This document shows positions 52,791-63,988 of a DNA stretch of 64,000 nucleotides, one piece after another; the stretch's first letter is position 1, and each line of letters starts with the position of its first letter. Under the pieces are notes generated by a model. It worked only from the letters and a program-made list of their open reading frames with translations, searched no databases and was not told the origin of the DNA. A program made the position numbers and the translations under genes. The DNA is from Sphyrna mokarran (lineage: Eukaryota), in the NCBI GenBank assembly GCA_024679065.1, contig JAGIQG010000043.1, positions 2,666,001-2,730,000 of the forward strand, written 5' to 3'.

Positions 52791-54150
52791 GATGTCTGCG
52801 AAATGTCACATAGAATCCCTCAGTTTATTAATTGAAGCATTTAGTCTTAAATCAATCAAGTTTGGATAAGCACTTATGAAACATTGCTTGCATATATTTT
52901 CCACGTTTCCTTCAGTTCCAAACACCAAAGTTCTGGAATGATATTAGCATTTTCGGAAAACTCCTGAACATATTAAAGGAGAGCAATGCCAGTCAAAGTA
53001 GAGCGTTTGGGGAAGTCGATATTGAGTTGACATTGCTCTCCAGAGAAACTTGGGTGGAAATATGAAAGAGATGTGTAACACCATGGAAGCGGTGTTTGAG
53101 GGAGGGAATATTTGATTGTAAAATGCTCGACATAAGGATACCGAGCGGCTAACATTTTAATGTAAGTTTTAAGGATGAAATGGGCATTTAAATAATGTAG
53201 TAATGATAGTTTCAAAATGAATGGCTGATCACCCTGCTAGAATTAAATTGTATAACTCAAGGACTGATTGTGTCAGTAAGTTAGCTAAAACAAATATAAC
53301 CGGAATGATAGGCAGTGGAACAGCTTGATCTTGAGTTTGGACACAGCTCGGCACAACATCGAATGGCCGAAGGGCCTGTACTGTGCTGTACTGTTTTATG
53401 GTCTACGTAACTTAAACTTGGGATGATTATGAAATCGGGCATTGATTAAAGGGACAAATAATGTAATTTTGTATTGGGTACAGAGACTCCAACCTGGGAA
53501 TTCTGCCGGAATATCGATTTCAGATAATGTTCTTTCAGGATTAACTGCCAATATTCAATTGGATGTCCAAAACTAGGGTAGATCCAGTTAAGTTTGGGGC
53601 ACATTTAATCTTGCAGATTGCATATTCATGCAGCAGAAATCTCAAACCAGTTGCTCACATTCCTGTTCTGCCCTTAATACCATCTCCAACGCAAACAAAC
53701 ACACCCTAAAAACGTTCCTGTGAATTAGCTGAAGAGCCGCCGGAAACATATTTGTTCCAAATCCTTATAGAAACCGAATTACACAGGTAACATTTGGTAT
53801 TGAAGACCTTCTTCTATATTTAGTTAACTCGGATATTGATACATTTTTAACTATTTCTTGCACAATTACAGTAGTAAATGCAGAATAGAATTTTAAAACC
53901 CGCTATCAGAAATTAGAAGCATTGAGAGGTGAAATTGCATTGCAGGCGATATTCCATCTTATAATGGTGGACATTAAGAGAAAGTTCATTTCCGCTTTGG
54001 TCGCCATCATAATATTGAGCCCCCAGTCCGTCCGAATTCGTACCGGCCGCACTTTCGGAATTCTCCTTGCAAAAATAAGAATGTTTCAACGACACTATAA
54101 AACCCGGAAACACACGGTGAGTTCTCTGTGTCCCTCTCTTTTCTCGCCAG

Positions 54151-54195
54151 TTAAGGTTTTGGATCCTCGTTAAAGGCCAGGCGAGCGTAAAGTGT
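54151..54195 (-). CDS. A3 terminal cytoplasmic exon with tyrosine motif (TLYARLAFNEDPKP*)
   Basis: Acceptor cacttttcatccacag|ACA CTT TAC GCT CGC CTG...TAA when read in phase 0. Homologous segment in A1 at 10637-10682. Confidence 0.6.
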   Translation of the reverse strand, partial: TLYARLAFNEDPKP

Positions 54196-55644
54196 CTGTG
54201 GATGAAAAGTGATCTGTTAGCGTGATACACACCATTATTATAGTGACAGGTGAGACCATTGAGTCCCCCCACTCCTCCGCGTCCCCTCCACTGCATTCAA
54301 TCGGTTCATGGCTGCAAGGTAACTCAACTCACAGTCACCCACTAATATTGAATAATCCTTAATCCCTCCCTAATGTAAATCTAACTGTCGCATCTCCAGA
54401 GTTCCAATTGCCCAATGCTCTATGTAGCTTTTTAGTGACCAGAATTCCGCCTCGCGTTCTGTGAAGATTTATTATTGTCACATATATGAGTATGCATTAA
54501 TATGTAATGATTCTTGCCCAGTGTACAGACAAAGTTTATCGTGTGTGGAGAATGAAAGGAGAAGGTGCAGATTATAGTGTTACAGTGATAGAGAGGCTTG
54601 AAGAGAAAGTTCAACGTAATATGAGACAGGTCAATTCTAATGTCTGATGGCAGCAGGGAAGGAGCTATCCTTGTGTGACCTCAGAATTATATCTCTTTTT
54701 CCCCGAAGGAAGAAGGTGGAGAAATAAAGCGTATCCGGGATCCTTGTTAATGGTGGCTGTTTATATAGAAACATAGAAGATTGCAGCAGGGAGAGGTCAT
54801 TTGGCCCTTTGAGTCTGCTCCAGCATTCATTATGATCATGATTGATCGTCCAGCCCAATCGTCTAATCCTACTTTCTCCCCATAAACTTCGCTCCCAAGT
54901 GCTATATCCAGTCGCCTGTTGAACATATTGAATGTTTTGGCATCAACTACTTCCTGTGATAATGAATTCCACAGGCTCACCGAGTGAAGAAATGTCTCCT
55001 CACCTCCGTCCTAAATGGTCTATCCCAAAACCTCAAACTGTGGCCCCTGATTCTGGACTCCCTCCACTATCGGGAACATCCTTCCTGTATTTACTCTGTT
55101 TAGCCCTGATAGAATTTTAGAAGTCTCTATGAAATCACCCCCCATTCGTCTGAACTGCAGTGAAAACAACTTCAAACTAGTCAATCTCTCCTCATACATG
55201 AATCCCGCCATTCCTGGAGTGAGCCTGGTAAACCTTCGCTGCACTCCCTCCAGAGCCAGAATTTCATTCCAAAGTGAGTGCATTTGGTATGTCTCCTGGT
55301 CTGCCCAAGACTACAAGAATTGGAAAGTCCCATTATTCAAATCAGCCTCCCCTCCATTGAGTCTGTCTACACGTCCTGTTGCCTCGGGGAAAGGCAGCCA
55401 ACATAATTAAGGACCTCGCCCACCCTCCCACACGCACCCCGGACATTCTGTCTTCCACCTTCTTCCATTGGGAAAAAGATACAAAAGTCTGAGTTCAAGT
55501 ACCAACCCACTCAAGAACAGGTTCTTCTGTGCTGCTGTCAAACTTCTGAAGGGATCTACCTCGCACAAAGTTGATCTTTCTATCTTTCTCTAAATTCTGG
55601 GTATGATTGTAGCACTATATTCTCCACTTTCTCCTTTACTTCTC

Positions 55645-55995
55645 AATGAACGGTATGCTTTCTCTATGTAGTGCGCAAGAAGCAATACTTTTCACTGTAT
55701 CCCATACATGTGACAGTAATAATCCAAACCTATGTACTCAATGAACGGTATGCTTTGTTTTGCGAGCAAGAAACAATACTTTTCACTGTACTCTGATGCA
55801 TGTGAGAATAATAAACCAAACCTATGTACTCAATGAACGGTATGCTTTGTCTGTATAGCGCGCAACAACAACGCTTTTCACTGAATCCCAAAACATGTGC
55901 CAATAATAAATCTAATCTATGTACTCTGTGAATGGTATGCTTTGGCTGTGTAGTGTGCAAAAAACAATACTTTTCACTGTCTCCCAACGCACGTG
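55645..55995 (+). repeat. ~96-bp Rex 3' tandem repeat (A3 copy)
   Basis: Paralogous to 12188-12570. Confidence 0.85.
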
Positions 55996-56001
55996 CGGTT
56001 C
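55730..56001 (-). CDS. A3 first cytoplasmic exon, 3'-truncated and reading in frame into a LINE-derived tandem repeat
   Basis: Acceptor cctttctatcag|GA is homologous to the A1 exon starting at 12806. Homology stops after about 6 nt, and the frame stays open to the stop at 55730 (GTARALGDSEKY...AYRSLST). Confidence 0.45.
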
Positions 56002-56140
56002 CTGATAGAAAGGGGGATTTAAACTGAAATTTAAAATGGATTAATTTTACACCGAACCCGCTCAGAATTATCAATAAGTCGGTGATAAATGTGTGGATTG
56101 AGAGCGCCGCGGAGTAACAGATTCCCCCCAAAATGTCTAC

Positions 56141-56260
56141 CTCTCTGCCGGTTCCTGCAGATCCTTCTTCCGGCCACAAGGGCCAATCCCAGAAGGAGAA
56201 GTGCTGCGACCGACAAACCCCCGGAAAACACTAAATCACAGGTGAGCGAGAACGGAGAAT
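56141..56260 (-). CDS. VJ-C1 receptor A3, connecting peptide + transmembrane exon
   Basis: Acceptor ttttttgcag|AT. 120 nt, phase 1-1, encoding DSPFSLTCDLVFSGGLSVAALLLLGLALVAGRRICRNRQR: stalk Cys, hydrophobic span, basic stop-transfer. Confidence 0.85.
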
Positions 56261-56574
56261 CTGCAAAAAAAAACTAAACTTTCAGTCAGCAGAAATCAAG
56301 TGTGGAAATAATTGAACAAACAAGGATGTTGTTCAATTTAACTGTCCAATTTAACCGAAAAATGAGAAAAAAATTGCACACTTTCCCTTCATGTAATAGA
56401 GTTGCATTTTTACAATAGAACACGAGGCGCGGCAGAAAGAGATAGTGACAGAAAGACTGAACACTTTTTGAATAGGGCACACAGAGAGATGGAGGAAGAG
56501 AGTGGAAGATTCAGGCAGAGAATAATCATGTCACCCTATAATGCAGAAGAAGACCATTCGGGCCATCGAGTCAT

Positions 56575-59500
56575 GGCTGAGGGTCTGGAGCAGGGGGCAG
56601 GGCTTCAAGTTCATAGATCATTAGGACCTCTTTTGGGGCAGGTGTGACTTGTACAGTAAGGACGGGTGGCACTTGAACCCTAGAGGGACTAATATCTTGG
56701 CAGGTAGACTAGCTAGGGCTACTGGGGGATCTTTAAACTAGAAAAGCTGGGGGGGAGGGGTGGGAATACCGATGGGACGGTGAATAAGGAGGTTCGTTCC
56801 CAGGTAGGGAAGGACTGTAGGCACTCTGAAAGGGGGGTTAGGCAAGTGGTGGAAAAGTGAAATATCCTGACTGAGGGGCTGAGGTGTGTCTATTTTAACG
56901 CCAGGAGTAAATAAGGTAGATGAGCTCAGGGCGTGGATTGCTGCTTGGGAATGTGATGTGGTGGCCATTACAGAGACTTGGTTGTCTCAGGGACAGGACT
57001 GGGTACTCCAGGTGCCAGGATTCAGGTGCTTCAGGAGGGACAGGGTTAGGGGCAAAAGAGGAGGTGGTGTGGCACTGTTGATCATGGACAATGTCATGGC
57101 TGTAGAGAAGGTGGAAGACGTGGAGGGATTGTCTACGGAGTCTCTGTGGGTGTAAGTTAGGAACAGCAAAGGCTCGATAACTTTGCTGGGTGTATTCTAT
57201 AGGACGCCCAATAGCGACAGGGAACTTGAGGTGCAGATAGGGAAACAGATCCTAGACAGATGTAGAAATAATAGGGTTGTCGCGATGGGAGATTTCAATT
57301 TCCCAAACATCGACTGGAATATCCCAAGGGGTTTGGATGGTGTGGAGTTTGTAAGGTGTGTTCAGGAAGGTTTCCTGACACAGTACGTGGAAAAGCCTAC
57401 GAGAGGAGAGTCTGTACTTGACCTGGTGCTAGCTAATGAGTCCGGGGAGGTGTCGGATCTCACGGTAGGTGAGCATCTTGGGAATGGAGATCATAATTCT
57501 GTCTCTTTCACGATAGCGATGGAAAGAGATAGGATCAGGCAGGCTAGGAAGGTGTATGTCTGGAGTAAGGGGAAATATGACAACATTATGCACTTTGGCA
57601 GGAACAATAAATGTGTAGAGTATAGGGCTAATGGTAGGGCTCTTAATAGTGTTGAGGAACAGAAGGATCTTGGTGTATGTGTCAATAGATCCCTGAAAGT
57701 AGGCAGTCAAGTGGATAAAGTTGTTAAGAAGGCATATGGAGTCTTAGCTTTTATTGGTAGGGGGATTGAATTTAGGAGCCGCAGCATCATGTTGCAACTG
57801 TACAAAACTCTAGTGCGGCCGCACTTGGAGTATTGTGTGCAGTTCTGGTCCCCACATTATAAGAAAGATGTGGAGGCATTGGAGAGGGTACAGAGGAGGT
57901 TTACCAGGATGTTGCCTGGTATGGAGGGCAGGTCCTATGAAGAGAGGTTGAAGGATTTGAGGTTGTTTTCGTTAGAAAGGAGGCGGCTAAGAGGGGATCT
58001 TATTGAAGCATATAAGATGATTAGAGGTTTAGATAGGGTGGACAGTGATAGCCTTTTTCCTAGGATGGAGAAAGCTAGCACGAGGGGACACAGCTTTAAA
58101 TTAAGGGGTATGAGTTATAGGACGGATATCAGAGGTAGGTTCTTTACTCAAAGAGTGATTAGGGAGTGGAATGCCCTGCCTGCAGCTGTTGTAGATGCGC
58201 CAAGTTTGGTGGCGTTTAAGAGGTTAATTGATAAGTATATGGAAGAGAAGGGAATGGTTTAGTTTGGAGGGGCATTGCTTTTTATTTTGGTCGGCACAAC
58301 ATCGAAGGCCGAAGGGCCTGTTCTGTGCTGTAATGTTCTATGTTCTATGTTCTATTAGGCAGGTAATTGGACGCATAAACTGGAAGGAGGTGTTCTTGGG
58401 GAAGATTACAGAAGGAAAGTGGCGGTTTTTCAAGGAATGTTTGTCTGGGGCACTGCAAGACAACGTCCCGAGGAGTCAAGGAGGTTCTGGTAGGACGCGA
58501 GAACCGTGGTGCACGAAGGTAGTGGTGAACCGAGTTAGGAAGGAAAAAAAGGTATATAAAAGATTCAGAGAGCTAGGGGATGTTAGGGATCCAGAGGAGT
58601 ATAAGGTGTGTAGAAGGGAACTTAAAAAGGAAATTGGGAGAGCCAGAAGGGGTCATGAGAAGGCCTTGGCAGGTAAAATTAAGGAGAATCCCAAGGCCTT
58701 CTACAAATATGTGAAAAGTAAAAGGATGAGAAGAGAAGGGATAGGGCCTACAAATGGTGAAGGGAGAAAAGTCTGTGTGAATCCGGAAGAAATGGCAGAA
58801 GTATAACGAATATTTTGCCTCGGTATTCACAGTGGAAAATGAACTGGGAGATTGCACTGCAGGTTTGAGGCAAATGGAAAAGATTGAGCATGTGGATATT
58901 AGGAAAGAGGATGTGTTAGACCTGTTAAATTGTACCAAGATAGACAAGTCGCCAAGACTGGATGGGATGTATCCCAGGTTATTGTGGGAGGTGAGGGAAG
59001 TGGTTGCAGAGCCCCAGGCGATGATCTTTGCGTCGTCCATGGAAACGGGAGAGATTCTGGAGGATTGGAGGATTGCGGATGTGGTTCCTATCTTTAAGAA
59101 AGGGAACAGGGATAGTCCAGGAAATTACCGACCGGTGAGTTTGACTTCAGTGGTTGGTAAGCTGATGGAAAGGCTTCTGACGGATAAGATATATGAACAT
59201 TTGGAGAAGTTTGGACTGATAGGAAATAGTCAGCATGGTTTTGTCAAGGGCAGGTCATGCCTTACAAGCCTAGTTGAGTTCTTCGAAAGTGTGACTGAAC
59301 ACATTGACGAAGGAAGGGCGGTGGACGTAGTGTACATGGACTTTAGTAAGGCGTTTGATAAGGTCCCACATGCAAGGTTTCTGGAGAAGGTGAGAGGGCA
59401 TGGGATCCAAGGGGCTTTGGCCTTGTGGATCCAGAACTGGCTTGCCTGCAGAAGGGAGAGAGTGGTTGTGGATGGGTCTTGTTCTGCATGGAGGTCGGTA

Positions 59501-60485
59501 ACCAGTGGAGTGTCCCAGGGATCTGTTCTGAGACCCCTGCTGTTTGTTATTTTCATAAATGACCTGGATGAGGAAGTAGAGGGATAGGTTAGCAAGTTCG
59601 CCGACGATACAAAGATCGGTGGTGTTGTGGATGGTCTGGAGGGATGGCAAAAGTTGCAGCGGGACATAGACAGGATGCAAGACTGGGCGGAGAAGTGGCA
59701 GATGGACTTCAACGCAGATAAACGTGTATTGGTCCATTTTGGCAGGAATAATGGGATGAATGAGTACAATATAAGGGGTAGGAGTCTTAGCTGTGTTGTA
59801 GAGCAGAAGGATCTCGGCGTCCGGGTCCAGAAGACCCTTAAGTTGGCCTCGCAGGTGGAGGAAGTGGTCAAGAAGGCGTATGGTGTACTGACCTTCATTA
59901 ATCGAGGAATAAAGTTCAGGAGTCAGGAGGTAATGATGCAGCTCTATAAGATTGTTGTCAGACCCCAGTTGGAGTATTGTGCGCAGTTCTGGTCGCCTCA
60001 TTATAGGAAGGATGTAGAGGCTATTGAGAGAGTTCGGAGGAGATTTACAAGGATGCTACCTGGATTATGAAGATAGGTTGAGGGAGCTGGGACTCTTCTC
60101 ACTGGAGCGACGCAGGTTGAGAGGCGACCTGATAGAGGTTTATAAAATGTTGAGAGGGATAGATAGGGTGGACTCTCAGAGACTATTTCCCCGAGCTGAA
60201 ATGGTCACTACGAGAGGACACAGATTTAAGGTGCAGGGAAGCAAATACAAAGGAGATGTCAGGGGTAGGTTTTTCACTCAGAGGGTGGTGAGTGAATGGA
60301 ACCGACTGTCGTCGGAGGTTATTGAGGCAAACTCACTGGGGTCTTTAAAGAGACTTCTGGATGAGTATATGGAAACGAATAGGATAGGGGGTTATAGATA
60401 GGCCTGTAGATTGGTCGTTGTGATAAGCGCAACTCATGGGCCGAAGAGCCTGTTTGTGCTGTATTGTTCTATGTTCTTTTTTCTA
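56575..60485 (+). mobile_element. Long CR1 (ORF1 esterase end + ORF2) in A3 C1-TM intron, hosting a nested CR1
   Basis: DLFWGRCDLYSKDGWHLN (SGNH-like ORF1 end), ITETWL/MGDFN endonuclease motifs, RT and tail. Confidence 0.92.
57589..58353 (+). mobile_element. Young CR1 nested in CR1, apparent TSD ATTA
   Basis: Host reading KYDNI|RQ is interrupted. ATTA at 57585-57588 and 58354-58357. Confidence 0.9.
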
Positions 60486-60559
60486 TGAGTCTGCGCCACC
60501 CTATCCCCGTCACCTCACGTATTTACTCTGCTAATTCTTCTGACTCTCGGCTCAATTGA

Positions 60560-60990
60560 GCATGGTCAATCCACTTAACCCGCACATCTTTGGACACTAA
60601 AGGGCAATTTGTCATAGCTAATCTAACTAACCTACATATCTCCGATATTAAGGAACATTTTCCCATGGCTTATCCACCTAACTTACACATTCTTTGACAT
60701 TAAGGGCAATTTACAATGGTTGATCCACCTAGCCTTCAGATCCTTTGACACTAAGGAGCAATTTACCATAGCTGGTCCGCTTAGCCGACACATCCTTTGG
60801 CAATAAGGGACACTTTAGTATTGCCAATCCACCTAACCCGCATATCTTTGGACACAAAGGTGCAATTTAGCAATGGTCAATCCACTTACCCCCCACATCT
60901 TTGGACACTAAGGGGCAATTTAGCATGGCCAATCCACCTAACCTGCACATCTTTGGAACTTGTGGGAAAACAGGAGCACCCGCGGGAAGG
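60560..60990 (-). repeat. V-SINE 52-bp array in A3 intron
   Basis: Paralogous to 13770-14400. Confidence 0.75.
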
Positions 60991-61513
60991 CCGATGTAAT
61001 TGAATGGGGGTGAATTACAGGGAGGCGAAGGGATGAACAAATGGTTTACTGCTGTGCTGAGATAGAGACCAATATTGGGGATATAATCACACATTTCAAT
61101 TTTAAACACTGACAGATTGGTCCCTGACCTTCAGATGCGTCATGATGTTTTAGCCAGATACTAAAAGGGGAAGAGGAGAAGAGGCCATTCGGCCTATCTC
61201 ATCTATTCTGCCATCCAACATCACCATCCCTCACCATGTTTACAAACTTCACTTCTCCGTCCTTTCTCTTACTCATTAATCTGTCCGTTCTCACAAATGT
61301 GCTTCGGTGATTGAACATCCACGGTTCGTAACGGTAGCGAAGAAGAGGCAAAATATCAGAAAATCGAACTGGGAGGATTATGATAGGACAGTTCTGATTT
61401 AGACATTCATGGATGCCCGCAGAGACATTTGTAATTTACAAAGTTAGGCTGCTTTTAGTAAAGTGCCCCGTTATTATTAAATGGATTGAAAAATAGTCAT
61501 TGTGAATAGCTAC

Positions 61514-61825
61514 CTTTCTGAGATGAGAAACTGTCACTGAGAATACTGTCACTGGAGTTGACCCGAACAGTGCAGGTACAGCGAGCACCGCTTCTCCAAG
61601 TTTCCGCCGAGAGACTGATGTAACTCCTGACGGTGTAGGTCCCGTCTGGCTCCAGTGTCCCCGAATCGGTCCGTCCCTCGGTATCCCGCCCCAAAACATT
61701 CCAGCGGACAGGAGAAGAATCGGGAGACACCCCTCTGACCAGGCACATCAAAGGGACCCTTTCCATGGCAGGAATCTCATCCAGCGGTGGGGTGAGGAGG
61801 AATATGGAGGGAGAACCCGCTAAAT
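61514..61825 (-). CDS. VJ-C1 receptor A3, C1-set Ig exon
   Basis: Acceptor atttgccag|AT. 312 nt encoding DLAGSPSIFLLTPP..LMCLVRG..RWNV..DGTYTVRSYISL..WRSGARCTCTV..SSQK. Donor G|GTAGCT (weak consensus). Confidence 0.9.
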
Positions 61826-61915
61826 CTGGCAAATGAAACGGAGAACATTGATTAACTGTGGAACAGGACACTTGCTCTGAGATACCCACTGCAATAGATT
61901 ATTAATGAAATTTAC

Positions 61916-62254
61916 CTGTAATCACTAATTTGGAGCCATTTCCGAATATTTGAACCCTGTTCTGGTAATTGCGCTTTGCACAGTAATACATCCCGGAGTC
62001 ATTTATTTGGGAATCCGTAATGATTAGTGAATAAAGACGCCCATTTTCAGAAATCTGGCTGGAAAATCTCCCGTCAGCTTGGCTGTTCTTGTATGCTGTG
62101 TAAACGAAATCCATGCTGTTTTTCCCCCTCTGTCTGTACCAGAAGACAGAGCCAAAAGCTTGACCCTGGATGCGGCACCTGAGATTAACAGGACTTCCCG
62201 CAGGGAGCTTCTGAACCGGCGGAGACTGGGACACGGTGACCTGAGACATTGTAA
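61916..62254 (-). CDS. VJ-C1 receptor A3, V-set Ig exon with germline-joined J-like segment
   Basis: Polypyrimidine tract ...tttcccag|TT ACA ATG. Intact 339-nt exon with LRC, WYRQ, GRFS, DSGMYYC and FGNGSKLVIT. Donor G|GTAAAT. Confidence 0.93.
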
Positions 62255-62429
62255 CTGGGAAAGAGAAATGGAGAGCACAACAGTCACCTCAGGTAATGGA
62301 GCATTCCCTGAATCCTTACACTTCAGAAAGAGGCCATTTGGTCCATCGAGTTTGCACTGATCACAATCCCTCCTATCCCTATTCCCGCAATATTCACACT
62401 GCTAATGCCCTGTTGCGAAGGGGCAATTT

Positions 62430-63005
62430 AGAACAAAGAACAAAGTAGCACGGGAAACAGGCCCTTCGGCCCAACGAGCCCGCGCCGCCACCCCGATGTT
62501 TCCACCTCTACCCGTGATCCCCGTCCATGTTTATAGATCTATGGATTAAAAACAAAATTTGAGACAATTTAGGGAGAACTTGTTTTGCCAATCCCTTGTT
62601 GGACAACAAGGTGGACCAAAGCACCCGTAGGATAAAAACAAGTACATCAATATCATCATCTATTTACACACTTCCCAGGGACTCCAAAGGCTCATGATCC
62701 CTTTTTTAAATCAGTTTTCTATACCCCTCCATTCCCATTCTGTTCATGTGCCCATCTAAGTATCTCTTAAATAACTCCAGAGTACCTGCCTCTACCACTT
62801 TATTTGGCAGCGCATTCCATACCCCCATCACCCTCTGTGTGAAAAAACTCCCGCTGGCATGCAAATTATACATTACCCCCCCCTCACCCTTAGCCCGTGA
62901 CTCCTCGTGCTATTCGAGTCCATCCTAGGAAAAAGCTTAACCCTGTTTACTCTATCTATACCCCTCATAATCTTGTACACCTCTATTAGATCTCCTCTAA
63001 GTCTA
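62430..63005 (-). mobile_element. CR1 3' fragment inserted in a SINE in A3 intron 1
   Basis: (GAACAAA)n tail on the plus strand and ORF2 end. Absent from A1 intron 1. Confidence 0.8.
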
Positions 63006-63784
63006 TAGCATGGCTATTCAAACTAATCCGCGCATCTTTAGACTTTTGGGGAAGAGGAGCATCCGGAGTAAACACACGCAGACACGGGTTAAACGTGCAA
63101 GCCTGGCACTGTGATGTGACAGTGTTAATGCACCGCTGATATCTTAGAGCACTTTCTAATTTTGCTTCGATTCTTCCCCTCCTCCGTTGACTTTGGGAGC
63201 TAAAACTTGTTCAGAAATGTACAACTGACTCTGAAGTTCTACTTGAAAATCTTTCTCCCAAGTCGCCAATATTGTTAAGGGAGCCCGTTACATAGCATAT
63301 CTCAGGAGAAATGGCAAATCGGATTAACTCCATTCCAATCATTGTTATGAATCGACGTTGCATTTTCTCAGCAACATTTGATTCATTGTTAAGTTAAACT
63401 TGCACGCTAGATCACAACTTACAGAACTGATGAAGCTCGGGGTGAGGGGACTTTCGGCCCTTCCAATTTGAGTTGAATTTGTGAAAGATGTCACTAATAT
63501 TATTGAATTTCACGCCTTTATATTTGTATCCACTTCACCCATTTTGAAAGTTCCATTTCCCCCGTTTGAAAGTTCCTGTTGGATCTGCTTCCTCCGCCCT
63601 TTGAGACAAAACTTTCCAGATCACAACAACTCAGATGGGTTAAAAAATCCTCTAATCTCCCTCTACTTTTACCAAATTCATATTCCCTTGGTTCCAGAAA
63701 CTCTTGCCAACGGAATCAATTTCTGCCTCTTCGCTCTGTCCAAATCCTTCTCCACTCTATCTGAATATAATGAGGATATCTCAC

Positions 63785-63827
63785 CCTGGAAGAGATGGAA
63801 CAATGCACAGATACCAAGGAAACCCAT
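63785..63827 (-). CDS. VJ-C1 receptor A3, exon 1 (signal peptide MGFLGICALFHLFQ)
   Basis: ATG at 63827, 14 hydrophobic codons plus G, then donor GTGAGA (phase 1). Near-identical to the A1 leader at 16612-16654. Confidence 0.85.
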
Positions 63828-63988
63828 TCTCCTTGAGCAAGACTGTGAGACTCTGAGCCCCTGACCTAAGGTTCACTGAGAACTCGCTCTTGTTCTCTCT
63901 GTGTGGGGGTGGAGTGGAATGCACGCACTATGTACATGAATGAAAACACGACAGGGGTTTGAAAATAGAACCGAGGTAGAGAGCTCCC

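Noticed and set aside
15316-62254. Rearranging TCR or Ig locus
   Set aside because: V and J-like parts share one exon, I saw no heptamer/nonamer at the V ends, and each V has its own C1 about 90 bp away.
61514-62254. Germline-joined shark Ig light chain cluster
   Set aside because: The C exon ends in a splice donor rather than Cys-stop, a TM exon follows, and the J-C intron is tiny.
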